Assembly: GCA_002633005.1 (NCBI GenBank)
Contig: NMRA01000005.1
Span: 1,098,101-1,162,100, forward strand
DNA length: 64,000 bases
Direction: 5' to 3'
Source of the DNA: Phoronis australis
Lineage: Eukaryota > Animalia > Phoronida
In this document: piece after piece, positions 37,001 through 51,000 of the stretch
Layout: each line of letters opens with the position of its first letter
Position numbering within the stretch: position 1 is the first letter of the stretch
Notes under the pieces: generated by a model
Told to the model about the DNA's origin: nothing
The model's input: the letters and a program-made list of their open reading frames with translations, nothing else
The model's database searches: none
Made by a program: the position numbers and the translations under genes

Positions 37001-40000
37001 CGTTTTTGAAATCAGAAAACCACAGTCTCTACTAAGGAATATGGCCATGGTTTTGTTCAGTTAGCTGATCACCAGCTTTAAAGAACAAAATCCGAAATAT
37101 TCCTTTTACAATGTTTTTTATTACGTATGATAGTTCACTAATTGTTTTATTTTTGTTTTTTCCTCCTGTTCTATTTTCACATTTACACTTCATAATTTCT
37201 CGACCTTCACCTTCTCTCACTTGCCTCACTCTTACTGTTTCTGTTGCTATCACTGTCACTTCCGTAGATGATGAGCAAGGACAGAAGAATACGAGTAAGT
37301 AGTTGTGATTGATACTGTCAAAGTTGTTCTTGAAATCTACAAAAATTGATTTGAATCGATCGCTGCCTCCATGCTGTCCATTTAAGTTCGTAAGAAAAGA
37401 AGGTGCTTAAATCTGTTTCAATGGCAGAGTGTAAAATATCAATTTCCACATGTAGGATGCAACTCTCTGGTTTTGCAGTGGTTGAAAAATGCATAGTATG
37501 ATTAACCACATGTTTGTAAGGTAGGGCCGCTAACACTTCTGAGCTTAGTTGGATAAGTAAAGAGCACGCGATTCATCACATCTCCCTTAACTTTTGGATT
37601 TTTTAGTTAGCACCGCAATTTGCTACGCAACAGCAAAACTTTATTGGGATAAAAATGACAAAATGGCAAACATGTAAATGCAAAAAAGAATTAGTATCGC
37701 AGTAGTATACAACTGTGGCAAGTCTTAATCACCAATTTAGTTTGGCGAAATACCACTGAATTACAAAGGGCGCTGCATGAAGTCACAATTACCTTAGGTT
37801 AGACTGAAAAACTGAGATGAAGACGTGTCTTTTAAATTTGTATATAGTTCTTCGCGTATTCTTCAACTGAGCATGTTAACTGCAAATTCAAAAAATAGAG
37901 TATGAGACCATTAAAACTTTATCAAGTTGCACATGTAGTATATACTTAAAAGATCCTCGGTATTTGTAACAATTTTGTGCTGAAGTTAACACACTGGTCA
38001 TTTTCAGGTGAACTACCAGTTCCTTAAGTCATGTGTCCAGTCAGCACCCTACACAGATATGCAGCCCAAGTGGTATGAGAATATCCTGACTATGATCCCT
38101 GACAGACTGAAACAGAAGCCAGCTCACCAGGAAGTGATCAAAGAACTGTTTGAAGAAGTGCAAGCCAACTTTGGGCAGAGCATGAAGAAGTCAATGGGTG
38201 AGTTGAGGTGGCTCTCAAAATTAAAACTTTGCACTTAATTTGTTGATGAAATGCTGATTAACTGCTTTAATAAGTCCTGGATATTTTTTCACTGTAGCTG
38301 TCAGGAGTATGTTAATACACAGTCAGTTTGCTCTGTATGCTCTCGGTCAGTCTCAGCAAATGGGAGGTGACAGTACTGTGATGTAAAATACATTTTCTGA
38401 GAAACAGATCTTTGTCCATTTGCTTCTGATTTTGAAGGCTGTACTACAGATTGTATGAATAGGTGAAACAGAAACTCATCCAAGTTCTTAAATTCATGCA
38501 AAACTGAGAGGAATTTTTAATTAAAATTGATGCAAAATGTTCTAATGGAACAGATGAAAGCTGATGCAATTTTGTCTTGGTTAAAGTATTGTTTTTATGA
38601 TGTCTTTGTAATTGACATTTCAGTGCAATATGCTTTGGTGAAGCCAGAAATCAAAGGACTTGAACAAGACGACAATGCTCCGTCACCAAGCGAACCCACG
38701 TATGTATAATTTGAACGACTTGGTGTTAATGAAACAATTCTGTCATTTTCAAATTAACAGAATTTTTAGATATCAATTCATCAGTGTAAAACATATTGGG
38801 CTTTTTGGAGTTGACATCTGACTATACAACCTCAACTTACACTACGCACTTCTCTTATTAAAGACGCAGTCACTACTAAGTCAAGCCAAAATCTCAAACT
38901 TAAAACTGGACTAAATCTCTTTAGCAACTGTGAATCTTCCCATTGATTGAAGCAACTCCTTGCTTTTATCATGACTTTTGTAAATAGGAACTCTGAATTA
39001 TTTTTAAAAAGATGAGGTTCCACCTATAACTTGAACCCATCAATGGTTTTCATAGATGGCGCTGCACGCACTTTTTAAGTCCCAATTTTCCAGCTAGTAG
39101 CACCACCTAGCATCTAGTCATGGAAGCTGTCTATTTACAGTCATATTACTTTTCGTACGTTTAAAGTACGAGCCTTTCTATTCCAAGTTACAGCTTTAGT
39201 CAGTCCTCAGTTACAACCATTTGCCAGACTCCAAGCCTAGAAATCACTTTCAGTCTGAATAAGGCACAAATTGAGGCCATTTGTATTACTTTAAAATTTC
39301 TATTTCAATTACTTAAACAATTTTTGACATGGAAAAATGTGTAGAAGCTTCAGTGTGGGTATTTAAGTGAATTGTCAAGGACGTTGTTTCAAATACGCTT
39401 CTCTATTTCTTCCACAGTGGCTTGGACTACTCTCGCCCCTGGCACGATGACTACGTTGCCAATAAAGAGAACATCCGCGCTAATCTGCATATCCTCCACC
39501 CGTCCCTGCAGCAGATCTTGGACCTGTGCCAGAGAACACTTGGCCCTATCCTATTGGTCGACTGCTCAGGCTACCGCGCGCTAGGGCCCCTGGAATTTGA
39601 GAGTCTACGAAACAACATCATTCTAGAGTGTGAGAAGACGGATGAGAAACTGATGATGTCGTAAGTAACAAGAGGCGATTGATTTTGATTGGCTTCAATA
39701 AACTTGCTATGAAACTTTGAGGCTACAAAAAATGTACCATGACTTAAAGGGCGTATTAACTCGAGCACAATTATTGAAAAGTTGCAAAAAGAAGACTTAA
39801 TTAAATGAGGATTTTCTTGTTAGTGTGTTTTGGTCATCTTTCTGTATATTCCACAGATAAAAGTACCACCAGATCATTGTCCATGAATATTCAGTGTTTT
39901 CATGGTCTCCAAGAAATTAAAATGGACCCCAAAACTTTTGGAGGGTGGTTCTAACATTAAAAGTGTAGCATGAACACGGACCATGGAATCTTGCAAAAAT

Positions 40001-43000
40001 GTTTCCAAAAATTTATCGGAATGTCATGAAAAAAGTTTTTTAATGATGAAATCATTTTATTTCAGATGGTATCCTAACGTAATAAATGTATTTGCTGACA
40101 AGAGCAACTTTTCAACAATCAAATCGGACAAAGTGGAGTCATTTTACAACTGCGTCACAACACTGATTTCAAACCAGGTAGGTATTGTCTTTCTTAGGGC
40201 TGAGACTGATGGTGACTTTATAAATTGTAAGTTTTCTAAATTGGGTGTTGTTTGTTTACAATTCTATAAACTAAGATAAAATTGCTAGGCAGTCTCTGTT
40301 AACTCCATCTAGTGTTTGGTCATGGAACTATCCTTTCCCATTGGACTGACTGCCATATTGGGCGCATTAAGTGGTGGCAGGTGAATTCTAGCTTAATGAG
40401 GACATTATTCGACATCTCAATGATTTCTACTTTGTTCCCAAGACCATAAACAATTCATGGTGTGAGTGAGGATCAAATTGAGACAAATTTTGTTGCAATT
40501 TGGGAATGAAATCTTATTTTCTCTTTTTTCCATGAAAGTTTTGTAACATTTGGATATTGAAGTCCTGAAATTTTTAAGCAAAAATCCACGGCCCCGATAT
40601 TATATTGTAAAGGAGTAATCTCACAGTGCTGCGTTGAAATGCTTTTACTGACTTTCAGCTCAAAGACCTGTTGGTTCGAAGCATCCACAGTTGGGTTGAC
40701 CTATTCAATGAAAATAACAAAGACAACCTGCCCATCCTGAAGATGGAGCTGACATTTGACGATCGTAACATGCAGTTCTATCCCCCCTATGAGGACCTGG
40801 AAGAACTTGTGTTGTTTGTCGTTCAACAGATCTGCAAGACTATGCAGGCCTGTCCAACTGTGCAGTCATGGTTGTCTGGCGGAAACACAGGTAAGGGGGA
40901 GGGAACGTAGTAGGAGGACAGTATAGTGCAGTGGTTTGAATTGAGCTTTGGTTTGCAGACTATGAGCACTGCTCTAATTGTCTCTTGTGTTGTGCTTTGT
41001 CGTAACCTCAGCGCGTGAAAGGGAGGGAATGTGGTGTGAGTGTGTCATGGAAAGTAGTGCTCACCACTAGAGATGTTATAGTACATTAAAAATGACATCA
41101 TTGTCGCCAGTTAGGATGTTGTATGAATGATTGAAATTTTAAATTGACACTTTTTCATCAATCATTATTTGTAGCAGAGTAAACGTTTTACTGTTTTCAA
41201 GCTCGGTACCATTTATACTGTCATCGAACAATATTTTAAAAAATTGTGGGCATTTAACTAAATATTGAAAGCTTTCAGAAAAAACAAGTGGGCAATTCTG
41301 GTTATTATTTCCGACAAGATTTCACTTCATTTAAAACAATGGTTCTGATTGAAATTTTAATCAAGTTTATAAGATGTATGTTTTTCATTTTATGCATTTC
41401 AAGTTACTGTAAACGCATCGTCATTCTCTTTTCTATGGCACTGTATATTGCTTGCAAACCTTTGTAATGGTGCTGTGACTCATGTACAGTATCTGTATAC
41501 TGTGTATGGACATTTTGTCCAACAGGAAATAAAAAGGTGTCACTTGCCCTTGTCAAGTTAACAAGTTTTAGTGGATTTACATTTGCACACTAATGGTATT
41601 ATCGCTATATTATTGCTTTAGGTTCCATGAAGAATTATAGGCCAGGTGAAACTTTTGTAACATTTATTGGCTTTAAGGTGTCTGTTTGTCTCAGTGATGC
41701 TTTAAGGCGTCTGTTTGTCTCAGTGGTGCTTTAGCTCTAGTTCAAAGTTGTTGTAGAGTGATAGTTTCTTGTTTTGTGGATACAATGTGGGACATTTTCA
41801 AATAGCATAGTACATGGTGGGACATTACATGGTATTGTCAGTCACCTCACTGTTAATTTGCTGATTTCAGTGACTCACGTCCCTGTGAGAGTAGCCGATC
41901 ACATCGTGGAGAATGCCTGTAAGAAGCTGAAGGAGGCGGTTAGCAGGAACTTCGAAGCACCCAAAGCACACTTACAGTCTTTCAGTGAGTTATCTCCTAC
42001 TTTGTGACAGAAGTTCATTCTCTGGTAGTGTGACATAGATGGCAGCACTTGATGGGTGCTTTGCCAACAGTTGTCATTAAACCCATGTGTCCAGTGTTAC
42101 TTTGGAAAGTCTTCTGTCTTATTTTTAAAGGCAATTAGTTGAACTTGTGATTGTAGATGCTTGTTTCTCAGTTGGATGAGTTGTACAAACTAGCAGCTAC
42201 GTGACTACATATTAATTGCGGTTGGCAGGTGATACTTTGTGCCATAACACAAACTTTGTAGTATGTCACATTGTTCTTTGGCCTTGTATTATGAATACGT
42301 AAATGAAAAATATGCTCGTTGTTTCCAGTGGATCGGTATGATTACATCATCAATGGCGACGCTGAGGGCAAGATTCGCCAGTTCATGTCGGAGGAGCACA
42401 CGTTCGAAGAGTACTGCACGTACATCGAAGAGTTTCGCAGCCTGGCTAGACAGATCATGATGTTGCCTAGTATTGAACACTTTGACATGGTCCGTCTAGA
42501 CTGTGAGGACCTCAAGCGGGGGTTGTCAGATGCCGCCAAAGACCTGGCCAACATGTTGCTGGAGAGAGTGGCCAAGGATCATAAGGAAGAGAACATGAGG
42601 TGAGTTATTGAGCTGTGATGGTTTAGGAAAGTTTGTATCTAGACTGTAGTACATTGGCCGCCAACTCCGTATTACTTTCAATGGACGAAATGTGTGATCT
42701 TAAGCCGTGACGTAATTACTCACTAGCAACACCTGGCAAAATTAGGAAGTTTTAGTTCCAGCAAGTACATTGTCTGCTTATCATGGTCGCCATTTGTGTA
42801 GTCGGGTGTTTGGCTACACAGGCAAAATGAAAAGGACTAAGTTTCCACAGCACTGAAGTTTGAATTTTGCAATTACATGACCAGTAGCATTGCCAAGAGT
42901 ACTCACAATACCAACAGTTCTACTATTGGAAGACTGAATACAATTTCAGTGTCAAAATTTTTTTTGTTGTACTAGACAGTAAAATAGATGCGAGAACTTC

Positions 43001-46000
43001 CCATCACAATACACTAACTGGAAACTGAAATTGGTAATTTAGGTGGGTGGCGCCTCCTCTAGGATATTTCACAAGAAAATGTAGGAGTTGCGAATCTGTT
43101 CTCTATAATCTATAGTTAACCCAAAAACATTACAGAGTCTGCACTATCCCCCATCAATCAACCATAAGGGTATAATAGTTAGTTCATTGAGTCTAATTAA
43201 CAGGCTCCAGCAAAGCCTGATTGTTCGACTACTTGGCTAATACTGTTCAGAACCAGTTTTGTTAAACAATTCACTTGACAACCTGTGGAGGAATATGAGA
43301 CAGAAATTCTTCATTTTTGATCTTTGCTTTCTAGTCTCTTCTGATGTGTTGCAATTTCCAAGGCCTAAGTCATGAATTTTATGTTTCAGTAGATCTGATG
43401 TAAATTCGCGTACTTTATTTATTCTGTTTGAGTTCCGGCATTCATAGTTTTCTAGTAGACTGTCAGTGCATTCCAGGACATCAACTGCACATTCATACCG
43501 GGATTTTCCGTAGATAAGCCCATGGACATGTATTTGGAAAATGAAAAATTTCAGATATTTTAGTAACACTAAATAAACGCCTGGGCGTTTTTTTGGAAAA
43601 GGGGGTGTGTAAACGGAAGGCGATAGGTTTCATGACTGACATTTTTTACTTAAAAATGTGTTTTTAAATTTGATGTTAAAAAATGCATAGTTCGCCAGCA
43701 CTTTGTTCGTTTTTATAATGCTCCACAAAACTGAGTTTGTAACTAAAAGTTGACGCTTAGTGGGCTTTTAAGAGGAAATTTTCCGAATAAAGGCGCCACT
43801 ATCTGGTCACTTGACACCAGAAGTTGTTACACCAGATAAACGCCCATGGGCATTTCATCGGGTGGGCTTAACTATGGAAAACCCTGGTAATTTGAGCCTG
43901 TAAGCAACAACCTTTTTTTGAGACTACTCACAAATCGACCAACTGTGTGCAAGCTTCCACTGATCTTGATAATACCATGCCGTGTGATTGGTCAACTTTT
44001 ATTGAGTAGAATCTGGTAGTCTCAGCTCCTGAATTGTAAGATTTCACCATGCTCATTCACACGTATATCTGTTTTTCTTTCTAGCATCTGTCAAGAGTTT
44101 GAGACGATTAAAGAGCGAGCGCTGAAAGACCCAGAAGTTTCTGAAGAACTGATGGACATGGTAGCATTCGTCGAGAATGCTCGCACAATGGGCATGATTA
44201 AGTTGAATGAGCGAATCAAGTGGGCTCAGCACCGGCTACAGTACCTTCTTGATGTCCACATCTTTGCACCAGACGAAATAGAGTTGAACAAGGATGTGCT
44301 CACTTGGCCCCAGAAGATCAACCCAGTGTTTGATCAGAATGACGAGGTGGGTAATGTCTTAGATGGACACGTTTTTATCACCCTATTTGGCTATTTAAAG
44401 GTGCATGCCTTAGTTTGTAAGAAGCGTGCATGGTGATTTTTGCTCACATCTCTGTCTCCCAAAAGACTGTTTGTACAATATGTAAATGCTATTACTGCAA
44501 GATATGAATTCTCACATCTGGGTGTCAAGATGGTTGCCTAGTGCTTCAGTTTGCCAAAAAATTTTGAAATGCATTCTGGGAGATACACATCTGCCTTCTT
44601 GTATTTTTGTTGGTATCTGTCTCGGTTTTCAAAAAGAAAGTGGCTACAAAATTGTCCTGTATTGTGCAGTTGTTCTATTTTCCTGGCCATCTTAGTGTCC
44701 AACATAGCTACTTGTTCCTTCATAACTAATTGGCACCAAATATGTTGCTTCTTACAGCTTGTTGAGAAATCCAAACTGAAGGGTGAGGTTGAACTTACGG
44801 AAAAGAAAGAGAAACTCATTCTGGAGCTCCAGAAACTGCGTCAACGCGTCGACGAGTTCAACGATTTTGGTGAGATGGACATGATGGGGCAGTACGTGAA
44901 CGATGTCCGTGCCGTGCAGAAGAGATTGGCCGATGCCCAGGAGACTATCGCCTGGGTTAACAAGGTAACGTGATGTGTGACGAACACAGGCAATGCACGC
45001 TGTAGTGAACTTTGCTTCAACTACTCTCCATCCAAAAATATGGCACAGCTGTCTCATACCTTTTTGTGGTGCATCAGACATCTGCAGTGCCAGACACATT
45101 ACTCGAATCTCCACCGTCTGTTACTTTACAGCTTTGATACACAAATAACAGCGATTCTTGATAAGACCTATCATGCAAGGAAAAGGATTCTTGGAATTAT
45201 TTTGACTGACAATTCAATTTTGATGAAAAAGTTTTGCGCTTGACTTCAAATTTGTAGCTTAAGTTTTGTCATGCACTAAGATTTGCATTGAAATTGGAAT
45301 AAATTTCAAGCTAATACTTAAGCTAGCCCACAACCCCAAAGTTTTATATTAATAAGAGATAGAAGTTTATTAGTCGGTCCAGTATGTTATCTAATCAGAT
45401 ACCAGCCTACGTATCATCCGTGAAAATTGCTGACCTTGTCTATACTTGCAGGAGGAGGTCCTATACAAGTATCCAGTCAGTGTCTACCCAGATGTGGACG
45501 AGATCACCAATGCCATTGATCCGTTCTTCAGGCTGTTCAATGTTGTTCTAAAATGGCAGAGATCTGAGAAGAAGTAAGTATATGGTATTGGAATGGAAAC
45601 AGAATCCAAATGTGCTATGCTTTACAATATTTCCGTCATGATAATAGGAAGTGATACTCTAATTATCTAAAGATTTGTAAGAGAGTGTCGGTCTGGACTT
45701 ATCCAATGACTTGTAGATTTATAGCTTCCTCAATTTTCAATATGTAATAGGTATTAAGATAGAATTTTGTAATTGCCTAAATACAGGAATATTTCCTCAA
45801 AGTTTTTGTTTTAAAAAGAACTTCCAATTCAAGCAGAAAACTGTAATTATACACCTAATACTTTCACAGAAGAGTTGGGAAATCCAAGTAGTACTTCTTT
45901 AGTGCATTATATCTTTAAAAACAAGATTTAGGCAATGGGATTAGTTAATCCATAATGGCTTCACAGTTTCACGATCGGAAAAAAATGTATGTCACTCTTG

Positions 46001-48030
46001 TGGACACCTTTTCTGAGTCACTGAGAAATCCGTTTGTTTCAACCTTGACTCCTTTCCTCAGGTGGATGGACGGCACATTCCAGGATCTCAATTACGAGTT
46101 CATCGAGGGCGAGATCGACGAGTATGCACGTGAAGTCTTCAAGATCCAGAAGATCTTCAACAATAAGCTGAAGAAGCTGCAAGCAGAGAAGGAAGAACGC
46201 GACCGAGAAAAGAAGAAGAAGAAGAAGTTCTCTGATGAGGCCGTCGACGGTGAGGAGAAGAAGGCAGAAGAAGAGGATGAGCAGATCGTGCCGCCTGCCG
46301 CACTCACCGTCTGCAACGTCACACAGGAGCAGATCAGGGAGTTCAAGGTCAGTGTAAGGTCGGGCTTCCGTGACGACTCTCTCTTGTTGAGTTAGTGTTC
46401 TTGTCTCTGAAGTTCTGTTGTAGCCTTTCTTGTGCACAAACTTATTATTATCAATCTCGCATTTTAGTGCCTGAGTGTCTGTAAATATAAGCTTTGTAAC
46501 AGACAATTCGGATCTGTTTTAAAGGAATGAGAACTGCATCATGCTGATATGAGAAAGACTTATTGGATGTCGCAAACCAACATATTGCCCTACTGAGGCA
46601 TATTGTCCCACAGAGGACATAATGTCGCATAGTGGGCGTATTGTCTTACAGAGGGTATACCGTCCCGCAGAGAGCATAGTGTCCCACAGAGGGCATATTG
46701 TCCCATAGAGGGTGTATTGTCTCACAGAGGGCATGTTTTTTGCTGCATTAAATTTTTTTGTTGAAGTTTTCAAACATTAGAAATCACTTGCTGAAAAATC
46801 TATGAGATTATTTTTTGAAGTTGTTGAATACATTCTGTACTGAAGACATTGCACTTGTTAATTTAACATTCTATCATGATTTCAAGAGGTTTTATCATTT
46901 TGAAATGTATTATATTTTACAGGAATCCAAGCATGTATTTTTTGTAGTCGCTTGTTCATAAGACAATCTTTAATGTTGTCATAATCTTCCTGAATATGTT
47001 TACTTTTACAGGAATTTGTTCCCGTGGTCGCCATCCTTTGTAACCCAGGTATCCGGTCTCGCCACTGGTCTCAGATGTCAGACATTGCCGGGTTTGACCT
47101 CACACCCAACGCCGGCACAACTCTGCGTAAAGTCCTGAAGATGGAGCTAGAGCCCTTTATGGAGCAGTTTGAGTCGATCAGTGCCGCTGCTACTAAGGTA
47201 CAACTGTCTCCTCTACTAGCACAGTGCAGCTCACTTAATGTCGTATCCTCTCTAAATTATGATAATAAGCGGGATATTCTAATTAGCGAGTTCCAACTTG
47301 GCAGTGATCATAACCAGTTTTATAAGCTGATTGTGTGAATGGAGAGTCTGAGAGTAAGACAGCTGTACAAGAAACGACCGATTTTTACCCGGTGCCGCCT
47401 TCCCATAAGGCTGTTGCATTGAAGATGATAGAAAGCGAAGGTACACATGCTGTGAGAATCAATTTTGCTCAATATTTAAAAACTTGGCAATATGATAATA
47501 ATTCTGGACATCACACAGGTTATTTTACATGGGTGTAATGGGAAATGATTCGTTTTTTGACACTTAATGACAATAACTGGGATATTCTATTATCCTGTGT
47601 GACAATAAGTGGATTCCAATGTCTATTGTGTAATGTAAGATTGCAGACGGTCTGATGTCAAAATTGTATCAGATGTATGGAGGCCAGAAAGCAGAGCCCG
47701 TTACATTTAAAGGGAAAAGCAATTTGCTGTTACCTATACGAATCCATAGTTGTCTTGGAAAGACATTTTTCTTTGTTTGAGTAGTGTTCTCTTGGCCGAC
47801 TTCACAGCAACAGAAGTGTGATGTAAGCAGCCCAGCAAAGGACCTGTATTTTAGTGTGTGTCAATGTGTTCCTGTATTTTAGTGTGTGTCAATGTGTACC
47901 TGTATTTTAGTGTGTGTCAATGTGTACGTGCGTGCGTGCTTGCGTGTGTGTATTCACCTCAGTTGAGCACCCGAAAGGTAGTGACTGATTGACTACTGAA
48001 CACAGTTTGTGTCAGGCATTGAGTAATGAA

Positions 48031-48065
<35 letters not shown>

Positions 48066-51000
48066 GATGCATGTAGTTTACCAGGGTGAAGTTTTACTTT
48101 CCTACTGATTCACTGTAGCTGTATCTCCATTTTCAGGAGTTCTTGCACGCTGACATAAGTCAGCTGAGCTATTGTAATCCCCTACATTTGCTGATAATTC
48201 ACTGAAAAGGCCTCGTGGACATTCAATTTGATTTATTTTTCTGGTAATTTTACTAAATTGTAATTTACTGCTTCACAACAGCACAGATGCAAAACTTGCC
48301 AGAAAGTTCTTTTTTCTTCAAATTACAACGTGTCTCATCTGCCGTATTCAGGAGCACTCCCTGGAGAAGGCCATGTTGAAGATGCAGGAAGAGTGGGCTC
48401 CCATGTACTTCAGCCTGACGCAGTACCGTGACTCAGGCATCAGCATCCTGGCCTCTGTAGATGAGACACAGACCATGTTGGATGACCAGATTGTCAAAAC
48501 CCAGACTATGCGAGGTTCACCCTTCATCAAACCATTTGAAAAGGAGATCAAGGTGAGGATTTTGAAAGGTTGAGAGCTTCTAATGTTTTAGTTTGTTACT
48601 TGAATTTGTAGAGTGTGGGGTTCCCATCTTTTGAAGGGAAAATGGTTTGTGTTCTACTTTTACTATTTTCAACTAGCATCTTCTAGTAAGAGTCTGGAAG
48701 TACAGTGAGGTAAATGTAAAGAGGTTGAGTAGTAGTTCTTTTTCCGCTGTTATTATCGAAAAATATCTACACTTTTTCCTCCATTGGAGAGAAAAAGCAA
48801 TTGGTCATATGGAACATTTCTGCATCAGTGATTTTTTATACAAAGTACCTACCTCATCACCTGGAATCCCTCTTGTGAATGCTTCTATATTGTGTTGATT
48901 CATCAAAACTTACTGTCATCTTCTGCTCTTGCTGTGAGAAGAGTAATCACTGATAAGGATGCCATCTGGTGGTGATCCATTATTAACCCTGTTTTCTATC
49001 TCAGGAATGGGAAGAGCGGCTCATCCGTATCCAGGATACAATTGATGAATGGCTGAAGGTGCAGGCACAGTGGCTCTACCTGGAGCCCATCTTCTCCTCC
49101 GAGGACATCATGCAGCAGATGCCGGAGGAGGGTCGCCTCTTCACGACCGTCGACCGCAACTGGAAGGACATCATGAGGCACACTGTGAAGGATCCCAAAG
49201 TTCTTGTGGCAACCAACTTTGCTGGCCTGCTAGAGAAACTGTTGGATAGTAACGCTCTGTTGGAGAAGATCAATAAAGGACTGAATGCTTATCTGGAGAA
49301 GAAGAGACTGTTCTTCCCAAGGTAAAGATTAGTTTTTTACTTTTTGATTTGCTTTCTATTCTCTGATGTGAGTCGCTGCATGTTTGCGTACTTCAAGATT
49401 TTGTTTTGTCAATGATGCCAGCTGTTCACAGTTTCCTTCTGGACTAAATTAATTTATTCTTCTCAATGTTTGAAGTAATGTGCAATGCTTGTCCTTTATG
49501 ACAATGATGTACTTGGTCTGGCAGTCATTCTTAAGGATTTTGCATTTTCATTGAAAATCTAAAAATAAATCTCATTGAATGGTACCTTCATGCCAACAAA
49601 GAAATGTATACAAGGCAAGTACTTTTTGTGAATTGTTATGGTTATAAAAGCTGAAGGAGGTGGCATGTTTTAACCACCGAATCGAAGTCTAGTTTGGAGT
49701 ACATATTGGTAGTTATGGGCCCTGGGCTGCTTTCTGTTGTCCCAAGACATTAGCCCTGCGCTTGTGTTGAAAATCTTTTCATATGGAATGGAAACTGAGT
49801 TCTATCCCATAATACAACATTCCAACCTCACCGACCAATCACCTCAGTGGCCGCCATTTTGCAAGGTTGCTCTAGTAAGGTCTCAAGCATACTTGTGAAA
49901 CACTCGCCTTACACTTGCCTGATTATACATGGTCTTGCTTGACCTCGCTTTTCTTGCACCAAACTTGGTGTACGGACCGCACCACTGGTCTGTCTGTCAT
50001 GCTCAGTTTTGGTAGTTAATGTGCTTGTGACTCTTGTGGTTCATGCAAGAACTCATTTTTCTATTTTACAGATTCTTCTTTCTTTCCAACGACGAGATGT
50101 TGGAAATTCTCTCTGAAACCAAAGACCCGACACGTGTCCAGCCCCATCTCAAGAAGTGCTTTGAGGGTATTGGTAAGCTGGAGTTTGACAAGGAGCTCGA
50201 CATCCACGCCATGATCAGTAGCGAGAATGAGAAGGTCAAGTTAAGTCAGGTCATCTCCACATCGGAGGCGCGCGGCTCTGTCGAGAAATGGCTTCTGCAG
50301 GTGCAGGATGTCATGCTGATTTCTGTACGCGACGTGTTGGAGAATTCTAGAGAGGTGCGTCTTAAAACCATTTGGGATTCTTTTCTATGATTTGTCAATA
50401 TTGCTAGTTGAATTTGTCTGTGGTTGGCTGTGTTAGCCTTGACCCAAATATGCGGAGCTGTACTCGCATTGTTTGTAATGTTTTTCTGCAAATTTTAAAT
50501 TCTGAGAGATTCACCAACACAATTTCCTTGCTATTCAAAAAGTCATGCAGTTAAGAGTTTATTATAACCTATTGAATGTGTATGACAATTAGACATAGAC
50601 ATTTTGTCTGTTGACAGAATGAACAATGATTTTGTGTATATTTCATTAGTTACACTGAAACCACTCAATGCTTAAGTATCTAGTCAAAGAAAATGAAGCA
50701 TTTGATTAATAAACTCAAAATTTTTATTTGAATTTATGGGAAGTGATTACCTACAAAGAATTTCACTTGATTCATGCGTTTGTGTTTTTAAGTGTTGAAT
50801 CTCAAAAGTTCTAAATCATTAATTTGCTACTACAACTTCCTGTTGCAGGCATACGCCATTGAGGCACGTGAAGACTGGGTGGTGGAGTGGCCTGGTCAAG
50901 TGGTACTGGCCATCTCACAGATCTACTGGACGCTGGAAGTGCATGAGGCAATCCGCGCTGGGCCACAGGGCCTGCGCGACTACTGGGACAAGCTACAGAA

